Shown piece after piece: positions 11,903 to 26,089 of a stretch of 64,000 nucleotides of DNA. The stretch lies in NCBI RefSeq assembly GCF_964188315.1, contig NC_135663.1, positions 25,978,001 through 26,042,000 of the forward strand. Reading direction: 5' to 3'. Each line of letters opens with the position of its first letter. Position 1 is the first letter of the stretch. The notes under the pieces were generated by a model. The model saw only the letters and a list, made by a program, of their open reading frames with translations. It was not told where the DNA came from and searched no databases. A program made the position numbers and the translations under genes. The DNA comes from Podarcis muralis (Eukaryota).

Positions 11903-12290
11903 TTATTATTTATACCCCGCCCATCTGGCTGGGCTTCCCCAGCCACTCTGGGCGGCTTCCCAAAAAATATTAAAATACTGTAATACATCAAACATTAAAA
12001 GCTTCCCTAAACAGGGCTGCCTTCAGATGTCTTCTAAAAGTCTGGTAGTTGTTGTTCTCTTTGACATCTGGTGGGAGGGCGCCACTACCGAGAAGGCCCT
12101 CTGCCTGGTTCCCTGTAACTTGGCTTCTCGCAGTGAGGGAACCGCCAGAAGGCCCTCAGTGCTGGACCTCAGTGTCCGGGTAGAACGGTGGGGGTGGAGA
12201 CACTCCTTCAGGTATACAGGGCCGAGGCCGTTTAGGGCTTTAAAGGTCAGCACCAACACTTTGAATTGTGCTCGGAAGCGTACTGGGAAA
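11861..12290 (-). mobile_element. L2 LINE 3' fragment with (ATT)n tail
   Basis: Minus-strand ORF PVRFRAQFKVLVLTFKALNGLGPVYLKE, typical of the L2 ORF2 C-terminus. Confidence 0.8.
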
Positions 12291-12907
12291 TGTACTTTAT
12301 TCTGAAATAACACCCATTTTGTTCAATGGGGCTTGCTCTCTAGGAAGTCTGCTTAGAAATACTAAATAGTTGCAGTACTTTTGCAAAAAGCTTTGCCAGT
12401 TCTGAGCCTAAGCTTGCACTTCCATAAATTCTGACTTTGTACATTACCTAACGATTAAGTTGTCACTGTTGCAATCCTTTTGACCATACTTCCTCCTTCC
12501 ATCCCTTTACTGCCATAGTAGGGTCTTGGGTGCTTCCACACAGATACTTAGTGTGGACTCGGTGCTGCTCTAGCAAACACATTTTGCAGCATTCAAATAA
12601 CCTAGTCCTCATCAAAATGGCAACCCATTTGCCTACGGCCTTCATTTAATCTGGATCTATAATTTCTGCAGAAGCTTTGGGGTTTTTTTTTAAATTTATA
12701 TTATTTTCCTCGAAACAGTCCATCTGAACTAAATAGAGGGGGGGAATATGGGATTGCATTTTGATAAGGACAGCATAGTGGGGACATTGTGCAAAACAGA
12801 CTAACACAAGCAGCACCGAGTGCAGAATAAACTGCTGCGAGAAGTGGCCCTCTGTTAAGCAGACTATTTTTTAAATAGATAAATCTGAATTTTGTTTGCT
12901 TGTTTGT

Positions 12908-12942
<35 letters not shown>

Positions 12943-14064
12943 AGTTTCCTTTTTGACAGACGAATCATGTGACTCTCCACCTAGTTCTTCTGTTTCAATA
13001 GTATCAGCTACTTTGCCCGAGTGAATCAATCATGGTGACATTTGGGGAAATTTAAATCCACCTCATGCAGGGCCTGTTCTGTTTGTGTACAGTTTTCTGC
13101 TTCCTTTGGCTGTGATGATAGTTGTCTGTAGCTCTTTGGCATTTGGGAATATAGGCTATGTGTAAAGGGCTGGTGTATTTTTTTCTTGTAAGGTTTCCTT
13201 TCACTTCATCCCACAAAAGGCACTTTTGTTTCCTTGTCACAAATTCCTTTCAGCTTTATTATCACTCTTTAGAATGGGCTATTGAACTTCTAATCAGGTA
13301 GTTCTTTCTTCTTCGGTTTCCCTTATTAAATGCTGGAGAGTATGATAAATAATCGGCTTAGTTACAGATAAGGTACATCAGTGCCCTTTTAATCACTACA
13401 TTAGACATGGCCCTTCAGGTAAACTACTTCAAGCAGCAAAGGAACCAAGGCTCAGAGATTCCCTAGGACCTACTTCCCTTAGATTTTGGTTTTTGTATTA
13501 GCTATCCGCTTTGAGTCCGAGAGGCAATAATATGAATAATGTGTGTATGATTGTTCCATTGGATTATATCCCTGCAGGTTAGTTAAATGCTCCAATTGCA
13601 GATGTCTTCTTCCCTAACAGGTGTTTTTTTTAAAAAATAATAATAATCCTGCAATGATCACATGTTGCTTATAAGAAGTGTGGCATCATTTATGGCAGAT
13701 TTGAACTAATTACCTGAACTCAAAGCCTGAAGCTTGTTATCATTATTATTATTTATTAAATGTCTATACTGCCCTTCACCTGAAGATCACAGAGCGGTTT
13801 ACAATAAAAATACAAAAATACACACCATAGTAACAAACACAAACAATAACAATGTCATTTCATTTATTAGTATTACTACTGCTTCCCTAGATGCTACTTC
13901 TTTCTATCCAGGATGGAGATGAATAGTGGAAATGGGGGCAGGGATTTAGAAATGAACTCATCCAGCTTGGTTTGGCCTTAGCTCTTCATGTCTCAGGGAT
14001 TTCCAGACTGGCTGACTTTGCACCAATCCTTCCATCTGCTAAATCTCATTCACCATCCTTTTCC

Positions 14065-14232
14065 TTGTTGTTGCTTAGTCATTTAATCGTGTCCAACTCT
14101 TCGTGACCCCATGGACCAGAGCACGCCAGGCACTCCTGTCTTCCACTGCCTCCCGCAGTTTGGTCAAACTCATGTTCGTAGCTTTGAGAACACTGTCCAG
14201 CCATCTCGTCCTCTGTCGTCCCCTTCTCCTTG
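14065..14232 (-). mobile_element. BovB/RTE extreme 3' fragment
   Basis: Nearly identical to 27450-27612. Confidence 0.8.
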
Positions 14233-14868
14233 TATCCTTTTCCTAAGTTTCTGTAAAAGACAAATTCTGAGGAAGAATGCTGTTTCTTAAACTTCTCCTA
14301 ACTCATTGATCGGGAATATTAAGAAACTACACTTCTCAGACCTAAGCCAAAGGCTTTATTCAAAGACCCTTCATTCTGGGTTGGACTAAAATTCCATTCA
14401 GTATTCTGTTTCCAGCAAGTCAGACGTGACAGCAATGGCTTTCCCCTGTTATATGTCTCCAGCATCTGGTATTTAAAGGTATATTGCCTCTGGACTCAGA
14501 AGACTGAGTTAGCTATCAAGTTGCACATTAAGGGCTCCAAACTCTCATTTTCGCACTGTGGAGGAATCCATTTCCTCTGCTCCTTTCTGCCTCCTTTTCT
14601 CCACTCACACCTACAAAGCAACAACAGTCTTTCACTTCCTTGATAAAATCCCTTCTCTTAATGACAGACAGCTCTAGTTTACCTGCAGGGCAGAGCACAG
14701 GAGGTCACCTGGTGACAGGCAACCTCTCATTATTACTCTGTGGCTGGGAGAAGTGACAGCTTGCAGCCGCTGAGAGGCAAAAACGGTGGAGGGAATGCTT
14801 TCAGCAGGTCAGGTACCACCTCCTAACCTTCGCGGCTGAATCACTTACCTGCACTTTGACCTTTTCAG

Positions 14869-15023
14869 CTTTGCTCCCTGATGATCTGAGGACCCTCATC
14901 GAAGAGGCAAAGGAAATGAAGTGGCCCTTCGTGCCAGAAAAGTGGCAATACAAACAAGCCGTAGACCTGGAAGACAAAACAAACCTGAAAGACGTGATCA
15001 ATGCAAGGCTGCATGAGTTACTG
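14869..15023 (+). CDS. ALPK1: ALPK1 coding exon 2 (155 nt)
   Basis: cttttcAG acceptor; [51 protein letters not shown]; donor GTATGA; phase 1 in, phase 0 out. Confidence 0.97.
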
Positions 15024-15710
15024 GTATGAAGTATATGACACCTGCCTTTGAAACCTGCATTCACAGCACTTAGATGTACAGTGGCCTAACAGATGGTAGC
15101 CTTCCTTTTATATAGGTGACCCCCATCCTTCACTGCTGTTTCTGCTAGGTGACAGTTGTCATCCTGATTCCATTTAATTCAGTGGCCGCATTCTTACTCT
15201 TATCAGTTGTGTTGGGGTTAATGCCTTGATTTTGTTTACATATGGACCAGAAGGCAGTGTATTCTCTGATGTAGACATGGAGATCCTGCACAAGGAGGCT
15301 TCCCCCCAGTGACCGAAGAATCCCACTCATTCAGGAGCTTCATGTGTTCTTTGGAACAAATACAGATGTGTGCAATTACAGATATAAAAGCTTACCAATG
15401 GTCTAAAAGGTCCAAGTCCAGCACTCTATCTGCAAGAGTTGCAGCTAAATGCCCCTTTGAAGGTCACTTGTCAGGCATGATGCAGACAAGTTTCACTTGT
15501 TGTTACATATGTCATCTGAGGTGTAAGCCTTGAAGGCGGTGGGTCCAATTTTAGTTATCTTAGCAAATAGCAAGTGGATAGATATATCCTCCAAGAATTT
15601 GACTATACCACTTTTAGAGCCGTCTGTGTTGGGTTTTGGTTGGGTTTTTGGCAACATCTTGAGGCAGTGATTTTCACTGTAAATTATGGGCTGAGTAAAG
15701 TAGTATTTTA

Positions 15711-16050
15711 GGCATACAGGTGGTGCTGTGGGTTAAACCACAGAGCCTAGGACTTGCCGATCAGAAGGTCGGCAGTTTGAATCCCCGTGATGGGGTGAGC
15801 TCCCATTGTTCGGTCCCTGCTCCTGCCAACCTAGCAGTTCGAAAGCACATCAAAGTGCAAGTAGATAAATAGGTAAGGTAAACAGCGTTTCCATGCACTG
15901 CTCTGGTTCACCAGAAGCGGCTTAGTCATGCTGGCCACATGACCCGGAAGCTGTACGCTGGCTCCCTCGGCCAATAAAGTGAGATGAGTACCGCAACCCC
16001 AGAGTCGGCCATGACTGGACCTAATGGTCAGGGGTCCCTTTACTTTTACC
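15711..16050 (+). mobile_element. Sauria SINE
   Basis: tRNA-like head, gcagttcgaaagcac core, tttacc tail; imperfect TSD taaagt(a/t)gtattt. Confidence 0.85.
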
Positions 16051-16204
16051 TAAAGTTGTATTTAATTTTGTTTATCCTGAATCAATTGTATTGGACTACC
16101 CTATGATTCCAGTGTTTTGAGGAACAGAGAGTAACTTCTCCCTATTTATTCTGTCCTCTCCCCGCCCCCCATTCCTGACTGCACACACATTTCTTACGTA
16201 CATT

Positions 16205-16640
16205 GGAGCATAAGGAAAGTCTCTTGGATCAGGCCAGTGGTCCATTTGTTCCAGCATCCTCTTCTCACAGCGGCCAACCAGATGCAGGACTTGAGCATAA
16301 GAACACCTTCCCCTCCTGTGGTTTCCAGCAACGCATTCAGCAGCATTACCACCTTCAGCCATGTAGGGAGTATATATGCATCAGGGTTAACAGCCAGTGA
16401 TAGCCTTACCCGCCATGAATCCTCTATTAAAGCCATCCAAGTTGGGGGCCATCATTGCCTCTAGTGGGAATAAAATCCATAGTTTATTCTGTCTTTCCTG
16501 AATCTTCCAACATTAAGCTTCTTTGTATTGCCCTGAGTTCTGGTACAATGAGAGAAAAAAACTTTCCTCTTGTTAACACAACACATAGCTAAACTATGGA
16601 ACTCACTCCGCCTGGCTTTCAATTTGAACTTAGCCTGATC
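16205..16640 (-). mobile_element. CR1 LINE 3' fragment
   Basis: cataagg...ggccag...tagtccagcatcc pattern, similar to 40783-41290. Confidence 0.6.
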
Positions 16641-19600
16641 TTTTATTCCCGTTCCTTCCTTCCCTCCCCCTCCCCTTTTTATGAAGATTACCCGCTCTGG
16701 GATCCCACAGCTAATTCTCCCCTGGTCTCCTTGCTGGCCCAAAGAGGACTAATTTAACCAGCTAGCCCTGGTGATCATCTAATGTTTATTGGATGGATTT
16801 CCCCCCAAATTGATTTTGAATTCTGAAATTATTGTTGTTCACGGTTTATACTGTATTTTATGCTGTTTTTTGTTGCATCAATTAAGTGTTTTAAATTTGT
16901 TGTTAGCCTCTCTGAGCCCGGTTTTCTGAACCAGGAAGGGTGGGGAATAATTAAAAATTTATTTATTATTATTTATTATAGGAGGCAGTGACAGCCACCA
17001 GCATAAATACCAGTTGCAGGAAAGCACAAGAGGAGAGAGGGCTCGAATCCTGTTTATGGGTTTCCCACAGGCATCTGGTTGGCCTCTGTGAGAACAGGAT
17101 GCTGGACTAGATGAGCTATTGGCCTGATCCAGCAAGCTATTCCTAAACCTGCGTAGGCCAGAGCTCCAACAACCGCTGGAAATTTGCTGCAGCACAATTG
17201 CTGCAGAGGGTTAAGTGAGGGAGGGACCTGTTGGTTGCAACCAGGTGCTATTTGTATCTGGGTGCAAGATAGGATAGGGAGTTGCCTCCTTAAATCACTG
17301 TTTCCCTCTCCTTCTGTAAGTGAATGGTTTAAGTTGCGTGGAGCACCTTACATGCCCCTTGGTAAAAGTGGGAGGGTTTTGTTGTTGCCCTTGCTTTACA
17401 AATCCCTAGTGCTAAGTGGAGTTTTATTGTGATTCCGAGTTTGTTTTGCTGTGTTTTCTTCCTCCCCGTCCCCTCCTTTCCCTTTCCCTTTTTGGTGTGT
17501 GGCCTCAGATGGAAATTTATGGCGGTGGCTGACCCCCTTTTACAATGCTCACAAAGCCCTCGGACTCAAGAGCATTTGTCTGCTCTCTCCCAGGATAAAC
17601 ACCTGCAGCCAACTCCCTGAGAAACCTGGATAGATGGGAGATTAATGTGACTGTAATAGTGGAACCGTGTTTGCCCACATTATCCCCTCACCCCAGGTAG
17701 ATGGGCCTTCTCTGAGATGATACCAATTATTTATTGCCGAAACATCTGTTGATAACTGCAGCTGCCCCGGCGAAACAAAGCATATCATGGGGTCACAGAC
17801 TATAGGGCCCTACAATCCTGCCTGATGCTCTTTGGAGACTATTCACCAACACACCCCAAAGTACATGGGTTACCGTCGTCTTCAATGTTTCATCGTGCCG
17901 TAAAAAATACTTTCTAAACGCTGAGCTCGCTTCCCCATGTGCTTTGAACTATTATTTCATTTTCACTGGTAATTTATATTCTAGCACTATTGTACTGTGG
18001 GAGAAAAGGGATACTATTTTACTCCCCAATTTAATTGTAGAATGACTGACACTTTGACCCATATTATTAGTATTAGTCAAGAAAGGTTCTTTCCCCCACC
18101 CCCTTTCCATTGCTCTCTTTCCCATTTATTTATTCAAAACGAAATTTAAAAAATTCAAGACACAGAAAAAGTTTCTTTTGAAGTTTGATTAAGATGTTGA
18201 GCGAGGCTGGGGAGGGGGGGAAGTATTAAATTTACAGTTTGATTGCAAAGAATAAAGTTCTGAGCTTCCTCTTTTGATATGATTTGCAGGAGGGAATTAA
18301 TTTAAATCCCTCCGAAAGAGAAATCAGCCTTTGTTGATACTGTTTGGCGAAAACTTTGACACGTTTCATCTGAGTTTATTCTAAAGTGGCGAGTTTAGAA
18401 TAAGCTCTCCACTGGAATGAACCAGTGTTTGTAAAGTGATTTGGGATCCTTGAATGAAGTGTTTATTATTCTGGAAGGTCAGATTTTGGGGGCCATATTC
18501 ACAGTGTGCAGTATCTTGCTTCTCGAGTAGCTCCACTGATCTCAAAGTGTCTCTATGAGAGCACTTGGGTCTCCGGTCTGAAAGTTTGACTTAGCCTTGC
18601 ATTGTTAGTAGCGATGCTTTGTTTGCAGACCATTGCTCTGTTGAGTATGCAAAACAACCATTGCTGCTTACATCATCCTTTTAAACAGTTCAGCTTTGCA
18701 TGGGCTGCAGAATCCTATTGTACAAAACAACCAGAAGAGAGGAATGCTCATAAAAGACATGGGGGCAATGGGGGGTGGGTGGAGAGGGGCATGGAGGAAA
18801 TCCCATATCTGCTAAATTTAATGAGAAACTCAGGGTGGTAGTCAACTGTTTTACTCAGAGTAGACCCATTGAATTTAATTGGCCCAACTTAGGCAAAGTC
18901 ATTCATTTCAGTGGGATTTCTCTGAGCAGCTTAGTTGACAACCACCCTCAGTAATTAACACATCAGTGTAAAACGTGCATCCTAAAATGTTTTCCCTCTT
19001 GATAGTGATCTTCATTGTGGAATTCCAGAATAGGAGTTTGATAGAAGAAAGATCTTGACTGTTAATGTTATTCATGGATCTTCATGAATTATTTCTGTGG
19101 GACTATAAGAAAGCAATTCTGGTGATTTGTCACCTGTCTATTCAAAGGACTACCTTAGGGTTCTTTCAGGTGTTACATTTTTGGGGATATCAATTTTAGG
19201 TGGGTTTTTTGAGTTTTTATTCTTATTTTTTGCTTTTGTCCTGCTGTTTCACTTCTTAGGTCTAAATTAAAAATAGTGCAAACAATTAAGAACTGTGACA
19301 AAACTGAAAGCAGCAACAGATTTTGTGTGTGTGTTGTAAAAAAACGCATTCTAGGGCAGCAGATATCACACAGAGGTGATTTGCCAAAGTCTTGCTAAAC
19401 CAAAACTGTTGTTTCATAAAAATTATACACCACTTGATAATTTTTTTAAAAGAAAATCTCTCCAAATGGTTTGCATTTTTTTAAAAAAAAACAATAAGAA
19501 AAATTAGCAGTAATAAAACTTTCAAAAAGTTAAAATAACAATAGACTAAAAACAAATTGAAACTTTTCATGTGAGGTGGGAAAACTACATCTGCATAGGA

Positions 19601-20770
19601 TTGGATTTGCTAAGGCGGGAGGTAGGGATTGATGCCAGCTTGGGTGGCTTTAAAAAGAGGATTTGACGATTGATTGATTGATTGATTGATTGATTTGATT
19701 GTTTTGATTGTTTTGATTTGTATGCTGCCCTTCACCTGAAGATCACAGGGCAGTCCTGAACGTAAAAATACAAAATATGAACACAAAATACATAATAAAA
19801 ACAAGTGCAAGAACTAAAACAAACCAATAACTCCCTTCCAACAAGCACATGGAAGATAAGGCTACCAGTGACTACTAGGCATGATGACTAAATATTACCC
19901 CCAGTATCAGAAGCAACATGCCTCTGAATACCAGTTGCTGAGGAACAACAATAGAAGATTGCTGCTTTTTTCACTTGTGGGTTTCCAAAAGGCATCTGGT
20001 CCTTGTTCTGTCCCCATTTTTTAAAATCAGGGAATAAGCAGTTACCCTTCCAATTGCAAATCATCTCAGCTCTTCTTCCAACAAACAGTGGACGTTTAAA
20101 AACAAAAACCCAGGTCTCTTTTTCCTTCCTGGCTGAGCCAAGGAAAATGAGGGTCGAAAACACTTCAGCTTCCACTGGGATTCCAAACAGGACGTTTCCA
20201 GCTATTTCCCAGCACGAGCTGTGCTCAAAGTAAGCATAAGAAAACTGGGAGACAGAATGGGCAAGCGGGAAAGCAGCAGAGGTGATAAATAATTATATGT
20301 TGATTTGAAATGAACAGCTGCTTTTAATAAATGTGCTCTTGCCCGTACGAGTGTCTATTATGGTTTTCCCTAGGTGCCTGACCTTCTCATACATCTACAG
20401 ACTGTAAAAAAACATTCTGACTCCAGCCCATGTGAGCATCTGGTTTTTGAACAAATGGTTGGCACTGTCCTTGGTGCTCATTGGAGCACAGGATTCTGCC
20501 TTATGCCAAGTCTGCCTATTGGTCCATCTACCTCTGTATAGTCTACACTGATTGGCAGCAGTTCTTCAGAGAGTTGATCTTTGCAGCCCTACCTGGAAGT
20601 GCCAGGGATTGAACTTGGAACCTTCTGCATGCAGAGCTCTGCTGCTAGGCTTTTCCCCTTCCCCTCATCACCTATTTCCACACACACATACACACACCTC
20701 TGTGGAGGACTCTGGCTGTTGACACTGTCGGTGTCGACTATCTGTTTCGCAAGAGTGTGTGTGGTGTCTC

Positions 20771-21000
20771 TAGTGATGTGAGGTGAGAATATTCTCTGCT
20801 AGAAAATTATCCAGAGAATATTCTCCACAAACTGTAAATTATAATGTAAGAACCAGTTTTACAACCCACATTTAAAAAATCTAGTAAATAGTAAGTTAAG
20901 CTGTGATATTGCCAGTGTCAGTAATGAATAATTTTTTTTTATCCAGTTACATTACTGGGCATTGTGTCATTCACCATTGGCAGTTCTGAAATGTGAGCTA

Positions 21001-21050
<50 letters not shown>

Positions 21051-21653
21051 GCTATTCATTTAATTTGATGAACATTTGAATTTGTATGTATTTCAACAAT
21101 ATGTAATAGCCTTTTTTTTTCTATTTTGGTGTGACCTTATTCATAGCAATTCTATACTATTGGCCATATAGTGTGATTACTTTTTTTACAGAAAGTAGCT
21201 TCAATGCTTTATACACTTAAAGTACCAGGCCTATACAATTATGTGTAACAGCATGTGAGGTGGCCTTGATTTAAACAGTTGACCAGTTAATGTTTCTATA
21301 TTTTTATTTAGTGCCAATAACTGGTTTTGGCAGTGCCATTCAATGGTACAACATGCCATTTACCAGAGATTGACATACTGAAATATATTACCGTTAGAGC
21401 TATTAGAAGCACAAGATAGCCTATTACTGAATTTACTTGTATCAAAGAATGTGAATTCACTGCATTGCCCCATTGAATAAAAGTATCTGTACAGTTTTTG
21501 GTTGCCATCTGAACAAGTTTACCCATGAATAAACATGTATATTAACTAATTATATCATTTTCAATGCATTAAAATGAATATTCTCCTATTTTAAATGAAA
21601 ATTCTCTAATATTCTCATTAACTGAGAATATTCTCGAGAATTTAATATCACTA
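20771..21653. mobile_element. Non-autonomous hAT (Ac-like) element
   Basis: TIR TAGTGAT / ATCACTA; perfect 8-bp TSD GGTGTCTC at 20763-20770 and 21654-21661; subterminal GAGAATATTCTC palindromes at both ends. Confidence 0.85.
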
Positions 21654-22002
21654 GGTGTCTCAACCCAAGAAGCAACCTTGTAAGTTACTGTATGTAGTAG
21701 CACTCTTTTGCTTGAGCAGATCATATCCTGCAAAGTGATCTACTGTGGTGTATCTTTGTGACCCCCAGGGCATCTTTGATAGTAAAACCTGAGATTTCCC
21801 CCCCCCCCCCATAACTGTCTATTTGCTCAAGTCATATTCAATGAGCATGATTTTAATTTGTTTCCTAGCCCTGTGATATGTCATGGATGTCTCAGTTGAG
21901 ATTCCTGCACCGGCATTGGACTAGATTTAACTAGATGACTCTTGGGGTCCCTTCCAACTCTACAATTCTATGATTCTGTGATAATAGCGATAGCTGTACT
22001 GT

Positions 22003-22620
22003 ATTTTTATTTTCCTTTTTTGAATTATTTTTTATTCCTTTTACAATACAAAAATATAAAAACACATAATACAATTTTTCACAAATACATTTTTTGGAGT
22101 TCCCTCAACTCTTCTGCAAATCCTCCGTTTTAGTCCTTCCACATTTCTTAATCTAATATTGCCTTTTATTAAAAACCTCCTCCCTCTTATTCCCTTTTTT
22201 AGAATATTTCTGATATTATTTTCACAGAGCCTCTTGCAAACCTACAAACGTTAATTGTTCATCGCAAATACTTTTCAAATAGTCTACAAATTTACTCCAG
22301 TCTTCAGTGAATCTGTGGTCTCGTAGGCCTCGGATCCTTCCTGTTAGTTTATCAAGTTCTGCGTATTCCATTAACTTCATCCTCCATTCTTCCATCGACG
22401 GTAATTCTTCTTGTTTCCATTTTTGGGCTAGCAGTATTCTTGCCGCTGTTACTGCGTATAGAAAAAGCTTATAATCTTTTCTGTTTATTTCATTTCCTAC
22501 CATTCCTAACAAAAATGCCTCTGGTTTCTTAACAAATGTATATTTCAACATTTTTTTCAATTCGTTATATATCATTTCCCAGAAGCGCTGTACTGTATCT
22601 TTAAATGTAACCTTAAGGGC
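22003..22620 (-). mobile_element. L1/Tx1-type LINE 3' fragment
   Basis: ORF2 C-terminal-like FWEMIYNELKKML...PEAFLLG...ARILLAQKWKQEELP ending at stop 22222, then an A-rich tail. Confidence 0.75.
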
Positions 22621-23088
22621 CCTAAACTGGACCCTTTCCTCTCCCTGTTTGCAAACGGAAGATACAGTCACCCATCTTTCTGGCAACAAATTTCCCAGGG
22701 AGGTGTCTGCTGCTTTTGTGTTGTGGGTTTTTAAAAACCCACTTTTTCTAACCACCTTTTTTAATATGGCTGTTTTCAGAGAGTTGTGTTAGCATAGCTT
22801 TGCTGGTTGTTAACAGGTAATGCTAACAATTCTGAATTATTTATTTTAATTGGTTTAAATGCTTTTAAAGTGATGGTTAGCTCAAGCAGCCTCGAGTTGC
22901 CTATACCTGAAATGGCAGCAGATAAGAGCACTGAATAAAAATTCACTTCTATGACTTAGCTGGAAAATGCCCCAGGAGAAATGTAGTGGCTGGAGTGTCG
23001 GACTATGATCAGTGAGTCCTTGGTTCAAATTTGTGCACAGTGAAAACTTAATAGATGACCATGGCCAATTACTCATTTTTTCAGCCTA

Positions 23089-23445
23089 AAGGTAAAGGTA
23101 CCCCTGCCTGTACGGGCCAGTCTTGACAGACTCTAGGGTTGTGCGCCCATCTCACTCAAGAGGCCGGGGGCCAGCGCTGTCCGGAGACACTTCCGGGTCA
23201 CGTGGCCAGCGTGACATCGCTGCTCTGGCGAGCCAGAGCTACACACGGAAACGCCGTTTACCTTCCCGCCAGTAAGCGGTCCCTATTTATCTACTTGCAC
23301 CCAGGGGTGCTTTCGAACTGCTAGGTTGGCAGGTGCAGGGACCGAGCAGCGGGAGCGCACCCCGCCGCGGAGATTCGAACCGCCGACCTTTCGATCAGCA
23401 AGCCCTAGGCGCTGAGGCTTTTACCCACAGCGCCACCCGCGTCCC
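23089..23445 (-). mobile_element. Sauria SINE inserted into an older tRNA-SINE
   Basis: 10-bp TSD TTTCAGCCTA at 23079-23088 and 23446-23455; CpG-intact body. Confidence 0.9.
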
Positions 23446-26089
23446 TTTCAGCCTAGCCTACCCTATAAAGTTGCTGTGATGATAAAAGAGGATGCACACG
23501 CACCACCCTGAACTCTGGAGGAAGAGCAGGATAAAAACATAATAATGGCATACCCTGCCAATTCTATAATGCAGTGCTTCTCATTATTCTCCTAGTTTTC
23601 ACAAACTATGAAGCAAGCAAGGCACACTTATCTCTAGACTACATGCTCAGTGGCGGCCTGTATTACTTGCATTACATTCTCTCTTTTCCTATGTAGGTGG
23701 ACTCAGAAATATTGCAGAGGTTTCTACCCCATTTGCTGCATCCATTTAATACATCCCAAGTGCCCTGTACCTGGATGAGTTAGCAATGCCATTCCTTCCT
23801 AGTCTTAGCAAACCAAAAAACCTCTAGGCTCAATTATTGATGATTTAATTCTTGCTCATTGAAAATTCCTCCACCCTCATCTGCTTCTATCTTCCTAATT
23901 TATTCTGCACAAGCAATTTCGTATATTCACATTTTGTCCCGTACCTCAGTGCCAGATGGCTCTGGGAGAGAGTGTTTTCTCCCTTCCTGGGAGCAGCTGC
24001 AGTTGCCGGCAAAAACAAGGTATCCTGGCATTGAACCTAAGGCTGAGACCCAAACATTAAGGTGTTTTGCTGGGAGGAACCAGGCCACTAATGCGAGAAA
24101 CCATGAAAACAGCACACCCGTCCACTCAGGGCATTTTTGCAAAGGCCCTTCAGTAAAGGCTGTTTTGCATTTCCACCCTGAACCCCTATAATTGGTGTAT
24201 AGAAATCTTCTGCAAATCTAATTCCATCTCCACCTGACTCAGCTTCCCAGCCATGAAGTTCCTTTTGTGCCCCTAAACTCAATTACACTTCCTAGGTTGA
24301 CATTGTAGAAACAGATGTTCAGGCAAAGTGCACTTTTATTTCTCTGTCTTGGCATGGATACAGAAATCCCTTAATCACAATTTCCAAATTAGAACCCTTT
24401 TCTTTCTTTTATATTTTGGTTATATCTCTGTGTCGCCATAATTTTGTTTTGTTTTGTCCATGAAGTGTCTTCCTCCTGGGGTTGTAGGCTTGATGGGTTG
24501 TTGCTGTTTTAAAAAATAAAATTATGTTCAGGAGCTGCAGATGCAACAGTGCACATCTGATCAAAAGCTTTTATGTAAGGTGCAGAAAGACAGGGTGACA
24601 TTTCAGTGGGACTGCAAAGAAACTGAGGTTGGGCAAGGTCAGAAATAGACTTTTTCCTGTCCCTCAGAAACATAAATTAGCAAAAGAATTGTGAGCTTCT
24701 GTGGTATATGGTTGGATAAACATTATATCAAATCTAAAGGAAAACAACTGTAATAGGTGGGATGGACCTGTGGCCAAGGTGATGTCTGTTATCCAGAGAG
24801 GCAAGGGATATTGCAGATGTTAACCTGTGATGGGAGAAATCTGGAAGTGAATCAGTCAGCGCATTATGAATTATGTGAGCCATTCGTGGAAATTCAAAAT
24901 ACAAATTACGCAGAAACTTCCACTGTGTCTCATCTGCCACTTGGAGGTAATTAAATAAGTGCTCTTTCCTCAGTATAGCTTTGCATGTCCACCTCAGGCA
25001 TGGCAGCCATTCTGTCTTGTTTGACTCACATATGAAGACAGAGAAAGTATACTTCTGACGAACCAGGATAACACACTTTCAGTCCCATCATGCTTCTACA
25101 GGACATTGCCAGAAAAAGAAGAGAGGAAAGCTTTTCATTGTTCTGCTGAAGGGAGGCGATTCTGGCAGCATGCTTCTGATATACAAGCCCTCTCAGAAAT
25201 GTTGGCATCTTAACAACACTTCAGACACGTTTTGCAGGGTCTTAGACCTGCAAAACTGATTGACCAGAGACTATAATAAGACAGAAGACATAAATGTCTG
25301 GACCCATAGGCAGTAACAGCTCTCCCATTCTGCTTCAGACTTCTGAAAAATTGCTATCTGTACCAGTAGTGGATGGCATGATGGGACGCCACTACACATC
25401 TGACCTCCAGTTGGTTGCTTCACTGCTGCTTACTGGGAGGGGCAAGGTGGATGCAGTGCAAACACACTGGCCAAGCCTCTCCAGTGCTCCTGACAGTGTG
25501 TTTGCACCACACCAACCACACCACTGTCTTTCCTCTTTCCTCACTTCCCTTCTAGTAAGCAGCAACAAACCAGAGGTAAGGTGTACATGACATCCTACCA
25601 TACTGTCTGCTCCTGCTCTGTATCCATCATATGTGTATATTAGGAAGGGAATGTCTGTTGCCTCTTCTAGGCTTTATGTGTGAAGTCTATCTTTTTACCC
25701 TGGAATTGCTGTCACAGAACTTGACCTACTTTCATTTTATGCTTTTATGGGAAGGAGGTTTTGGTCTACATTTTCCATTAACATGGCAGCATTTTTGTGG
25801 ACTAGGAACTGTTGTGTGACTTGGGAGCCAAGGAAAAAGTCAGGTATGATTTCTCAGAGGGGACAAGAACAGGGTTATCACTTCAAACAATTGACACCGA
25901 GCAAAATGTATTGGTGTGTTAACACAGCACGCCATCTTCGGGGAAAGAAAAAGCAGCTGATATTCTCACCCTGTCTTGACTTTTCCTCATTTTGTGTCCA
26001 TTTGGTTTTGGAGAGGGACGCAAGAGGTTTCGGCATTGAGCAGAGAGTTAAATTATGCAGCTGCCCGGCCCTCCAGAATAGGATACTTG

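Noticed and set aside
17190-17660. Possible LTR or DIRS fragment
   Set aside because: Composition is suggestive, but no termini or TSD could be defined
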